Below, piece by piece: positions 31,847 through 45,220 of a DNA stretch of 64,000 nucleotides. The stretch comes from Candidatus Latescibacterota bacterium (lineage in GTDB: Bacteria > Latescibacterota > UBA2968 > GCA-2709665): positions 2,144,001-2,208,000 of the forward strand of contig OZ242358.1 in assembly GCA_965208835.1 (NCBI GenBank), given 5' to 3'. Made by a program: the position numbers and the translations under genes. Within the stretch, counting starts at the first letter, position 1. Each line of letters starts with the position of its first letter. Below the pieces are notes generated by a model that worked only from the letters and a program-made list of their open reading frames with translations, was not told the DNA's origin and ran no database searches.

Positions 31847-31879
31847 TGAAATCCTCCTTTATGAGAGTTGCGGTTTGCG

Positions 31880-33463
31880 TCAGAAATGGGTCTTAAGACG
31901 CATTTCAAGTCCATTGAACGGCAACACCTGATAGCATGTTCCCGAAGTACATGCGGCGCCACCGCGCCTGCGTCCGGCGAAGACGAGGGCTTCGTATCGT
32001 TCGAGAAAGCCGACGTTCAGGTTGACCGCCAGCCAGGAGCGCGTTCCGGTCTCGACCCGGTCCGGCGTCTTGACATCGTCCACTTCAAACGGATCGCTTG
32101 TGCGATCCAGGACGAGTGCGGCACCCACGCCGGAGCGATGCTGGTAGGAAAACTGGGTAAAGACATCCCAGAACACCGGCTCGTTTCGGGGATGCCTGGC
32201 CGCGTGACGGACCTGCAGATCAAAACCCAGGACAGACCCTCCGGGTGTATTGGATTCGGCCCCCACGCCGCCGATTCGGTGCTTTCCGATCCCCTTCAAT
32301 TCATCTTTTCCCCAATCGATGAAGACGGTCGACGTCACGCTGTGTCCCCCCGCCAGCGGAGGCAGTTCGACGTCCACGCCCAGATACCGCTCATTGAAGG
32401 TCGTTGAAAAGCCGGGCACCAGTTCGTTTTTTCCCTTGCTGATGTTTGCCGTCAGCGTGCCCAGTCCGAATATCGAATACGTAGCTTCCACCTGATAGCC
32501 CGCTTCTGCATCGGCAATCAGGGCATGGGTGGACCGGTTGAGCAGGACCGCCGCGTGTTCGCGAACCAGAGATGGGGGATCGTTGAAACTGAAGGCGAAA
32601 TTTTCGTAGTCCTTGTATTCCAGGCTGAGACCCAGGTTGGAAATGCCGGCGTTTGCCGAAAGATACAACGCGTTGCCGTCCACGTGCACGTCATTCAGAC
32701 CGGCGTACTCCGCGTACACGGTCGCATACCCGTCCTGAAGGCCTGATGCTTCGATAGCAGGCGTGATGTCGAGTTCCAGAAATCCCGACCATGTCCGCGT
32801 CGAGTCAAACCTGGAGGCGTGATGGCTGACGGCCGTGATGCCGGTCTTGATTCGGTTGCTAGGCCGCAGCGAGACCTCGCCTCCTAGAAGCCAGTTGTCA
32901 CGCCGCGGTAGGTCCCGAAGCGGATTACCCACCCGCACCGCGGGCGGAATATCACTTATTACGGGGCGGCCGACCAGGGCTTTTGCCTCGGACCGAGGTC
33001 CGGCCCAGGTGGCCATGCCACCCTCGAGGTCCCGTGACGGCGAATAGCGGCGCCGGTATTGCCCGCTTTCCAGAATGACCCCAGGTAGATCGAACGCCCT
33101 GAGCGTGATACCGCGGCCCAGGATGGCATAGTAGTTGCCCGCAACCAGCTCGACCGGTCCCCGGGTCCAGCGCAGGTGTTTCTGTGATATGTGTACGACC
33201 TGGTATTCAACCTGCGACAACGGCGAGCCGGGTGCGATACTGCGCCATGCGTTGAAGACTTCCGCTCGAAGTCCGGCCTGCAGACCGTGCCGTGTGTAGT
33301 CGACGTCGAGTTGCTCATAAAGTGATGAAACCGCCAGCGAGTCCGCTCCCGGTACGCGTCCCCGCTGGACTTCGGTCAGGCTGGATGCGGTCACCTGCGC
33401 TCCCGCCGGTTTCTCCGTCGGCAGCAGAAGGAGCATTATCAGGCTATTGATCAGCGCTCGCAT
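31880..33463 (-). CDS. DUF6029-like outer-membrane beta-barrel protein
   Basis: Signal peptide, AGNYYAILGRGITLR, LEYKDY.NF, FNDPPSLVREH, C-terminal GRRRGGAACTSGTCYQVLPFNG...F; family recalled from motifs, not searched. Confidence 0.75.
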   Translation of the reverse strand: MRALINSLIMLLLLPTEKPAGAQVTASSLTEVQRGRVPGADSLAVSSLYEQLDVDYTRHGLQAGLRAEVFNAWRSIAPGSPLSQVEYQVVHISQKHLRWTRGPVELVAGNYYAILGRGITLRAFDLPGVILESGQYRRRYSPSRDLEGGMATWAGPRSEAKALVGRPVISDIPPAVRVGNPLRDLPRRDNWLLGGEVSLRPSNRIKTGITAVSHHASRFDSTRTWSGFLELDITPAIEASGLQDGYATVYAEYAGLNDVHVDGNALYLSANAGISNLGLSLEYKDYENFAFSFNDPPSLVREHAAVLLNRSTHALIADAEAGYQVEATYSIFGLGTLTANISKGKNELVPGFSTTFNERYLGVDVELPPLAGGHSVTSTVFIDWGKDELKGIGKHRIGGVGAESNTPGGSVLGFDLQVRHAARHPRNEPVFWDVFTQFSYQHRSGVGAALVLDRTSDPFEVDDVKTPDRVETGTRSWLAVNLNVGFLERYEALVFAGRRRGGAACTSGTCYQVLPFNGLEMRLKTHF

Positions 33464-33977
33464 CAGTCTTCGCCTCGACGTCGGCATCGGGAAAAAGCGC
33501 TTCGACGGCAGCCAGTAACACTTCGGCGTTTTTCGAATTGTATCCGACCTGCCGCAACGCGATTTCACCATCCGGTGTGATCAGCAGCGTCGTCGGAAGT
33601 ACGTTCACCTGCATTCGCCTCATCACCGCGCTGTCCGAGTCGAGGGCGATCGGGAAACTGACCTTTCGCGCCCTGAGAAAGGGTTTCACCCGGTTCTGTC
33701 CGCGCGGACCGTCCACGTTCACGCCAAGAACCGTGAGTCCGGACTTGCCGTACTTCTCGTGAATCTTCTGGAGCTTGGGCATTGCCTTGACGCAGGGTTT
33801 GCAGTAGGTCGCCCAGAAATCCAAAAGCACCGGACCCCTTGCCAGCAGGGCCTTCAGGTTGACCCGTTCGCCCCGCAGGTTCCGGAGGTTGAAGTCGGGG
33901 GCCGAGGCGGCGTTCAGAGTCGCTGCACCCAGGAATATGGAGGCGGCAAGTGCCGCCGATTGAAAGATCGATTTCAT
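33444..33977 (-). CDS. TlpA/ResA-family thiol-disulfide oxidoreductase (exported)
   Basis: Signal peptide, APDFNL, LDFWATYCKPC and LPTTLLI; 3' end overlaps the start of the barrel gene. Confidence 0.92.
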   Translation of the reverse strand: MKSIFQSAALAASIFLGAATLNAASAPDFNLRNLRGERVNLKALLARGPVLLDFWATYCKPCVKAMPKLQKIHEKYGKSGLTVLGVNVDGPRGQNRVKPFLRARKVSFPIALDSDSAVMRRMQVNVLPTTLLITPDGEIALRQVGYNSKNAEVLLAAVEALFPDADVEAKTDASADQ

Positions 33978-34437
33978 CCGTGCAACGTCTCCCCGTTTCC
34001 TTAACGATTGGCGGGTATCGCGTTCTATATTGAAAAACGCCTGATGTATACACATGGTTCCAGACCCGACGTCACGAGCAAATTCCACACCGGGATGATT
34101 GCGAACCGATTAACGATAACCGAAAAAATCCGCTTCATCAAGGGCTTTCTTGCATTGTATCACAAACACCCTCAACGTGTCAAAGCGGTTTGGTGTTTGC
34201 AGATCCGGCTGGAGAAACGAAGACCACATTCCAAACGTTCCGTTTCTGCTTGCTGCGCATCGTCAGTCGTTCTATATTGAAGTCAATATTGTCCCTGCCG
34301 GGAGACCGCGGCGCGGACGACGCGCTCTTTGAGTCGCCGGGGTCGCGCCAGGTCCGTCGTGAAGGTCTCGGCAGCGCGACCGTGCGCAAGGCCGTTCGTG
34401 TTGCGGACGGTCGTTGAATTTTCTCGAAAGAGTCGCC

Positions 34438-35490
34438 ATGGTACACATCGGCATCATCGGTATCGGATTCATGGGGATGACCCACTATCGCGGCGCCCGC
34501 GGGGTTAAGGGCGGGAAGGTGGCGGCCCTTTGTACGAGGGACGAAAAGAAACTGCGGGGGGACTGGAGGGATATCCACGGGAACTTCGGGGACCCCGGCG
34601 GTATCGAGGACCTGTCGGGCATACGAACATATCGGCAGATCGACGAACTGCTGGCCGATCCCGGAATCGATCTCGTGAACATCTGCCTGCCGTCGGTGAT
34701 GCACAAAGACGTGACAATAGCGGCGCTGCGGGCAGGAAAGCATGTATTGCTTGAGAAGCCGATCGCATTGAATCCGAAGGACGCCGACCGGATGGTTCAG
34801 GAGGCGGCAACTGCCGGACGCTCTCTGATGGTAGCGCATGTTCTTCCTTTTTTTCCGGAGTTCGCCTATGCACGGAAGGTCGTCGCGGGCGGCGAGTATG
34901 GAGCGTTATTGGGCGCACATTTCAAGCGTATTATCTCGCAGCCGGACTGGTCTTCGGAATTCAGTGACGTGGAACGGAGCGGCGGGCCGGGTGTTGACCT
35001 GCACATCCACGATACCCATTACATTCTGCTGCTTTGCGGCGTACCCGACCGCGTATCGTCCACCGGACGGCTGGTGAATGACCATTATGCGGAGTATCTG
35101 TGTACGAGCTACAGATACCTCGATCGGCCGGATGTAAGCATAACCTGCGCTTCGGGTGCGATTTCCCAACCCGGACGCGCGTTTGCCCACGGCTTCGAAA
35201 TCTACCTCGAAGAGGCGACGTTGATTTACGAATTCGCCACACTTGGCGACAAGCCGGTCCTGTCCACCCCTCTAACGCTGCTTACCGCAGACAGAAAGGT
35301 CCGGAAGCCAAGGCTTGGTTCCGGAGACCCCGTGGTGGCGTTTACACGGGAAATTCAGGCTGCCGTGGATGAAGTGGTGAAAGGGGTCCCTGCCGAGGCG
35401 CTTTCCGGAGCTCGGGCGGCGGACGCGCTCCGGCTCTGTTTCAAGGAAGTTCAGTCCGTGCGTCGCGGCCGGGCGGTGCGGGTAAGATGA
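34438..35490 (+). CDS. Gfo/Idh/MocA-family oxidoreductase
   Basis: GIIGIGFMG, AGKHVLLEKP and DLHIHD motifs. Confidence 0.92.
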   Translation: MVHIGIIGIGFMGMTHYRGARGVKGGKVAALCTRDEKKLRGDWRDIHGNFGDPGGIEDLSGIRTYRQIDELLADPGIDLVNICLPSVMHKDVTIAALRAGKHVLLEKPIALNPKDADRMVQEAATAGRSLMVAHVLPFFPEFAYARKVVAGGEYGALLGAHFKRIISQPDWSSEFSDVERSGGPGVDLHIHDTHYILLLCGVPDRVSSTGRLVNDHYAEYLCTSYRYLDRPDVSITCASGAISQPGRAFAHGFEIYLEEATLIYEFATLGDKPVLSTPLTLLTADRKVRKPRLGSGDPVVAFTREIQAAVDEVVKGVPAEALSGARAADALRLCFKEVQSVRRGRAVRVR

Positions 35491-35548
35491 GAATCAGACG
35501 AGGGTAGGGAGGAGGGCGCCGGATAGAAGGAGTACCACCGGTGCGGAG

Positions 35549-35590
35549 AAAAAAAACGAGCGGGCGGCCTGCGACAGGCCGCCCGCTCGT
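35549..35590 (-). terminator. Intrinsic terminator between convergent genes
   Basis: Perfect 16-bp GC-rich stem (35556-35571 / 35575-35590) with an A-run on the left (U-run on the minus strand). Confidence 0.8.
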
Positions 35591-35649
35591 CTATATGGAC
35601 GGGAAGCGCGTATCCTGTTGCGAAATGGGTGGAAACGGCGAAGTACCGC

Positions 35650-37125
35650 CTAGTTCCTGAACGCGAAATCGACCGGTTTGCCCTGTGCGAACTCCGCTTC
35701 GACATTGCCAAGGCCGAAAAGGGTCGCTGAAAGGTCTTTCGGCGACAGGGGTTCGGCTACGCGCGTACCGGCGGGCATATCGGGTCCCACGAGCAGCGCA
35801 CGTCCGGCAGCGGCGTCGAGTACCGCCAGGGTCGTGCGATTCCGGTACCGGTGGTGCCCCTGCACGATTTCCCGGATTTGCTCGATTGTCGCACGGCTGT
35901 CGGTTCCGTCGGCGAGTTGAAGAAGCAGGAGATCAGGCTGAGCTCTTGGCAGGCAAGCAATCGCCAGAGATGCCAGAAAGCTGTTCTTCAGTTCCAGATT
36001 CCTGTCGGACGATAACAGGGTTCTGACGATCAGGCGCGAAAGGACTTTGTTTTTTACGTTCTTGGTGATTTTTAGTTTCTTGGGGTCGAGGGTCGGATAG
36101 ACGACGTTTTCGATGAACGCCTGCGACCTCCCTTCCGAGCGCGCTTCGCCAAGTGCTTGGCGGACGGTTTCCGCCGCCCCGGTCAACGACGAGGCCCGCA
36201 CGCTCAGTGGGCCGAATTTCCTGTATTTCCTGTGCGTGCTGCGCTCCGGCGGGGCGCTGTCGTCCATATAGAGAGCCAGCGTGCGGGCGCGTGTCTTGTC
36301 CTTATTCGCGCGATTGTGATACTCGAACAGAGTCGGGTGTGCGAGCTTGTCGCCCTTCAGCGCGTCGTCGCGTCCCGTCAACAGGGTGGCCAGCCATCGT
36401 TTTGCCGGAGTGGGGGCGGGCGTGGTCTGCAGCAGGGTTCCCTGAGCGATCAGGCTGTCGTTGAACGTTGAATCGGATGTTCCGTATTGCCCTGGCATGA
36501 TCGCAATCGCCAGAAGCGCAGGGGGAAAGTCCACATCCCTGTATACGAACCGATTGAACGCGGTTTCGATTCTTGCCCACTGTTCGGGCAGGATCTGTAT
36601 GTCGGGACTTAGACGCCTCTGCTGCGGGGGACCGCCGCGTTGGCCCATTCCCCCGCGCCGGCCAGAACCCTGTCGCCGTCCAATTCCCTGCCGGTCGCCC
36701 GGGTCGCGAAGTTGCCGGGGGCCCCGTCGTCGCGCGAAGATGCCTGCGATTGCCTCGCCGAACGCCTCCCGCAAGTCGCCATCCGACACGTCGCCGGCCC
36801 TATCGAAAAACAGTCTGAATCGCTCCTTCTCCCGAGGGAAGAAATCGTCCCAGTTTTTTAACGAGCCCAGTACAAAAGACCTTATGGGGAAGGGCAGCCG
36901 GTTGAACGTCTCCTCGTTCCCCTTCACCAGGTCGTAGGCGCCCGAGGGGAGATCAGAGTACTGGTCGTTGCGAATCGGACTGAGATCGACGCCGCCTCCT
37001 CCGCCTCGTCTCCGTCCGCCTCCTCCCCCTCTCTGCGCAAGCACGTCCTCACAGGCAATCAACAGGACAAGCAGGGTTGCCACGATCGATACCATCCCTC
37101 GCGAGGACTTCTGAAAAACTGGCAT
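35650..37125 (-). CDS. Exported hypothetical protein with Arg/Gly-rich segments and an alkaline-phosphatase-superfamily-like C-terminus
   Basis: Hydrophobic signal; RGGGGGRRRGGGGG; PTLFEY and LLVGPD...DLSATL...GKP resemble AlkP-superfamily motifs. Confidence 0.65.
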   Translation of the reverse strand: MPVFQKSSRGMVSIVATLLVLLIACEDVLAQRGGGGGRRRGGGGGVDLSPIRNDQYSDLPSGAYDLVKGNEETFNRLPFPIRSFVLGSLKNWDDFFPREKERFRLFFDRAGDVSDGDLREAFGEAIAGIFARRRGPRQLRDPGDRQGIGRRQGSGRRGGMGQRGGPPQQRRLSPDIQILPEQWARIETAFNRFVYRDVDFPPALLAIAIMPGQYGTSDSTFNDSLIAQGTLLQTTPAPTPAKRWLATLLTGRDDALKGDKLAHPTLFEYHNRANKDKTRARTLALYMDDSAPPERSTHRKYRKFGPLSVRASSLTGAAETVRQALGEARSEGRSQAFIENVVYPTLDPKKLKITKNVKNKVLSRLIVRTLLSSDRNLELKNSFLASLAIACLPRAQPDLLLLQLADGTDSRATIEQIREIVQGHHRYRNRTTLAVLDAAAGRALLVGPDMPAGTRVAEPLSPKDLSATLFGLGNVEAEFAQGKPVDFAFRN

Positions 37126-37299
37126 ATATCGCCTCCCCGGGCGAATGTAAAAGACTGACAGACCTGATTGAATATGGCGCGTACCCTGTATCGCGTCTGA
37201 ATCCCTGGGCCTCGCGGGTTCGGTTTCGCCAGTGTCAGGATCCTCCGTGCCGGCGTAATCTAGTATTGTACCAAGCTTGAATCACGCCGCGACGATCGT

Positions 37300-38076
37300 T
37301 CAGAGGTGTGTTCGAAGCCACTGGATGATCTCCGCCCGGGCGTCCGGGTTGTTCAGCAGAGCCAGACCGTTGGCCGCGCCCTGATATCCGCTGACCCGGA
37401 CGGGCTCCAGGGTTTCCCGGGCTAGCAATTCGGACGACGTGAACGTATATCCGTCGCCGTGTGAGGCCATGAACAGGATCGACCGGGGCTTGAAGCCCTC
37501 GACGTCGGTGCCCAGCAGAATGTCCTGTCTGAGCCGCGTGATGAGAGAGATGGCCACAGCCGTCTTTACGTCCGGATTCGTGCCCGAACTGACGTACGCG
37601 ATATTGGCGCCAAGCGCCGCGCCAACCAGCCCGATACGCGTGGCATCCACGTCGGCGCGGCGCTTCAGCCAGCCGATGGCGCCTTCTACGTCGAGCGGCA
37701 TGCTGTTGAAGTCTTCGATCTGGAACCTGCTCCGCGGAGAGTAAACGTCATCATGAAACGTGCTCCGGCCATGACCTCTTACGTCGTAGGCCAGCACGTG
37801 GAATCCCGCGTCCGTCAGGTCCGGCACGAAAGGTACCCAGATGCCGAGATCCTCGTCGTAGGGGTGGATGAGGACAACAGCGGGCCGGCGCCCCGTCTGA
37901 CGGTTGGAGGTGAACCAGGCCGCGAAGATGTTGAAGCCGTCCGGTGTATTGAACGAAACCGTCTCGCCCGTAACCAGTTCCGGAGGAGTCGAAACCTCGT
38001 TGTCCGTGGGCTGTTTGCCGCATTGCATCGCGAACAGCGCGATCGTCAGTACGGCCAGATATGCGCGTGGCGCCAT
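37300..38076 (-). CDS. Alpha/beta-hydrolase-fold lipoprotein, probably catalytically inactive
   Basis: Signal peptide ending in Cys19, DVRGHGRS, RIGLVGAALGAN (Ala at the nucleophile position), GAANG (Asn at the His position). Confidence 0.8.
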   Translation of the reverse strand: MAPRAYLAVLTIALFAMQCGKQPTDNEVSTPPELVTGETVSFNTPDGFNIFAAWFTSNRQTGRRPAVVLIHPYDEDLGIWVPFVPDLTDAGFHVLAYDVRGHGRSTFHDDVYSPRSRFQIEDFNSMPLDVEGAIGWLKRRADVDATRIGLVGAALGANIAYVSSGTNPDVKTAVAISLITRLRQDILLGTDVEGFKPRSILFMASHGDGYTFTSSELLARETLEPVRVSGYQGAANGLALLNNPDARAEIIQWLRTHL

Positions 38077-38533
38077 GTCCGGAATTTCCTTCGATCAAAG
38101 GATCAATGCGTTCGCGTCCTGGATAAATTAACGACATCATGTACTCAAAAACAAGAGGGTAGTTTATGCCGCTCGAGGGCGTTGCGGCATCGCCGAAGAA
38201 TCGATCGCGTACTTCGGAGGGAGACCAGGGTGTCGTCCGCGCAGGGCGACGTGAAGCACACAACATCTGTCCTGGCGCCGCCGGTTGCCTGCCCTCCTCG
38301 CCTTCTTCGAACGTACGATTCCGGGAAGACTCCTGTATAAACGGACCGGAAAGGGTCAAGGGGATGCCGGGCTCGCTCGGCGGGCAAACGAAATGTCCAC
38401 GGGTGGGCATTTACGCTTGCGGTTACGTAGATTAGACAATAACTTAGAACTATTCGTTCCGTACAGGGCCTGCCCCGGTGCGGTCATCAGGCTGCCGGGA
38501 ATATCCAACCGAGTTGGCTGAGGGAGATCAAAG

Positions 38534-39304
38534 ATGCATAGTTTCGGCTTTTTCTGGAAGGTTGCTATCGTGCTGGTTGCCGCAATAACGGTCACTGACG
38601 GGAGCGTCGCCGCGCGAAAGGCTTCCACCAGGCGCAACAGTGTGGGAATGGAGTTCGTCCTGGTTCCTGCGGGTGAGTTTCGCATGGGTTCCACAAGTGA
38701 AGACGCCGGAGAGAACGAGAAGCCGCTGACGTCAGTGACCATCAGCCGGGCGTTTTACATTGGAAAGCATGAAGTCACACAGAAGCAATGGGCGAAGGTG
38801 ATGGGGACCAATCCGTCGGACTTCAATGACTGCCCGGATTGTCCGGTCGAACAGGTATCGTGGAACGACGCACAGGCTTTTATCCGTACGCTGAACGCAA
38901 TGGAGGACTCCAAGCGGTATCGGCTGCCAACAGAAGCAGAGTGGGAATACGCCGCGCGGGGCGGAACAGGCGGCGACCGGTACAGCGCGGATTTGAATGC
39001 GATCGCGTGGTACGACAAGAACTGTAACGAACGCCCACATAAAGTGGGGAAGAAGGCACCGAACGCCTACGGCCTTTTTGACATGCTGGGAAACGTCTAC
39101 GAATGGGTACAGGACTGGAAGGGGCCGTACACCGGTGAAAAGGCCACGGATCCGAAGGGGCCCGCCCGCGGAAAGTTCCGGATGATCCGCGGCGGTAGCT
39201 GGGAGACCGGCGCGAAGAGTTGCAGGGCCCCGCATCGTCTCGACGCGTCACCCGGATTCCGGATCCATGCGGTGGGTTTACGGATTCTGATGGAGAAGAG
39301 GTAG
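38534..39304 (+). CDS. SUMF1/formylglycine-generating-enzyme-fold protein (exported)
   Basis: FRMGS, EVTQ, PVEQVSWNDA, RLPTEAEWEYAAR, NAYGLFDMLGNVYEW, RGGSW and VGLR motifs. Confidence 0.92.
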   Translation: MHSFGFFWKVAIVLVAAITVTDGSVAARKASTRRNSVGMEFVLVPAGEFRMGSTSEDAGENEKPLTSVTISRAFYIGKHEVTQKQWAKVMGTNPSDFNDCPDCPVEQVSWNDAQAFIRTLNAMEDSKRYRLPTEAEWEYAARGGTGGDRYSADLNAIAWYDKNCNERPHKVGKKAPNAYGLFDMLGNVYEWVQDWKGPYTGEKATDPKGPARGKFRMIRGGSWETGAKSCRAPHRLDASPGFRIHAVGLRILMEKR

Positions 39305-39493
39305 TCTGAATGCGGCTTCAATCGGCCGGACGCATGGGTGTTCACGGACCGGCGGCCTGTTGGCAAATCGGAGTGCCGCGGGGTGAGAACGTCACGGCGG
39401 CGCAGCGGAATTTCGGGGAAGCTCGCGGACGGGAACGTCCAGGAGTCAGATACCGTCGCAAAACGGCGTTTTCGTGTAGAACGCAAAAAACAC

Positions 39494-39522
39494 TTGACAT
39501 CGATTTGCCGTTTATCTAAATT
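39494..39522 (+). promoter_or_regulatory. rRNA operon promoter
   Basis: TTGACA-17 bp-TAAATT with an A-tract upstream. Confidence 0.75.
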
Positions 39523-39551
39523 TGGAGACTTCCGCTAAAGCGGAGTTTCGC

Positions 39552-39564
39552 TGTTCTTTGACAA
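39552..39564 (+). promoter_or_regulatory. boxA antitermination element (leader)
   Basis: TGTTCTTTGACAA, repeated identically in the ITS at 41543-41555. Confidence 0.7.
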
Positions 39565-39661
39565 TCGAATAACGTGCATGAGTATGCCCGACTGGTATAC
39601 CCAGGTCTCGTACCTGGATCTTACGGTGTGAAAACCCCGAATTCGGGGTCTGATATTTATT

Positions 39662-41224
<1,563 letters not shown>

Positions 41225-41333
41225 GGGAGACACGGCATAACGTCATTTATGACGGTTGTGTCTACTCTAAGGTCAATTACCGTTGGGACTCTCATGCACG
41301 TTATTTGATTGTTGAAGGGCCACGGCGGATTTG

Positions 41334-41410
<77 letters not shown>

Positions 41411-41431
41411 AAGAATATTCTCGCATTTTCC

Positions 41432-41507
41432 GGGGATATAGCTCAGCTGGGAGAGCGCAGCCTTTGCAAGGCTGAGGTCACCGGTTCGATCCCGGTTATC
41501 TCCACCA
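41432..41507 (+). tRNA. tRNA-Ala(TGC)
   Basis: GGGGATA...TATCTCC-ACCA with a G3-U70 pair, anticodon loop TTTGCAA. Confidence 0.97.
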
Positions 41508-41542
41508 AAGACACAAGAAAACCGGGTGACGCGAGTCCCCGT

Positions 41543-41555
41543 TGTTCTTTGACAA
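41543..41555 (+). promoter_or_regulatory. boxA element (spacer)
   Basis: TGTTCTTTGACAA downstream of tRNA-Ala. Confidence 0.7.
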
Positions 41556-41788
41556 CCGAATACGGAACATGAAAGCCCATATGGATCGGTTTATTTCCAT
41601 ATGGACTTTCTGGGTATGCTGCAATTTAGCATAGCCGATCTCGTTCACTAAGCTGTCTGAAAGCCCGTTTTCAGCCTGAGAGGGCAGCGGAGATCTTTAC
41701 CGTCTGCCTTGCTCAAGGCGCATTGAAACCGGGGACAGCTTCCGTGGATTGGGCAGAACACACGTGTGATCTGCCGGGAACCTGTTTT

Positions 41789-44821
<3,033 letters not shown>

Positions 44822-44901
44822 ATTAATGGTTTCTCGGCGGATCGTGCGTGCGTTTTGTTTGCAGCGAGATCCTGTTCCGTATTCGGTTGTCCGTTTTGTT
44901 T

Positions 44902-45019
<118 letters not shown>

Positions 45020-45024
45020 AACTA

Positions 45025-45064
45025 CAACAGGGTCCGGGATTCGAACGAATCCCGGACCCTGTTG
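45025..45064 (+). terminator. Hairpin at the end of the rRNA operon
   Basis: Perfect 19-bp inverted repeat immediately after 5S. Confidence 0.75.
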
Positions 45065-45220
45065 ACGTTTTGGCGCGAAGAAAGACTTGACAGGCGTGAA
45101 CGTTCTGTATTAATTGTTCGTTTCGCGCCTGAATGAAACATCCGATTTGCATTCGGGTCGATGGCGCTTGCGGGCGATGGACACGCCGGTACTTTTTTGT
45201 GTCTTTACAGGAGGAGGCGC

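Noticed and set aside
38077-38533. Switch from mostly minus- to plus-strand genes as a possible replication origin; 89-aa ORF 38166-38435
   Set aside because: No DnaA-box cluster or dnaA/parAB context; the ORF has only a weak RBS and no recognisable features.
38534-39304. FGE-fold gene as a DGR target or a true formylglycine-generating enzyme
   Set aside because: No template repeat or reverse transcriptase seen; the FGE catalytic Cys pair after RGGS is absent (only one Cys).
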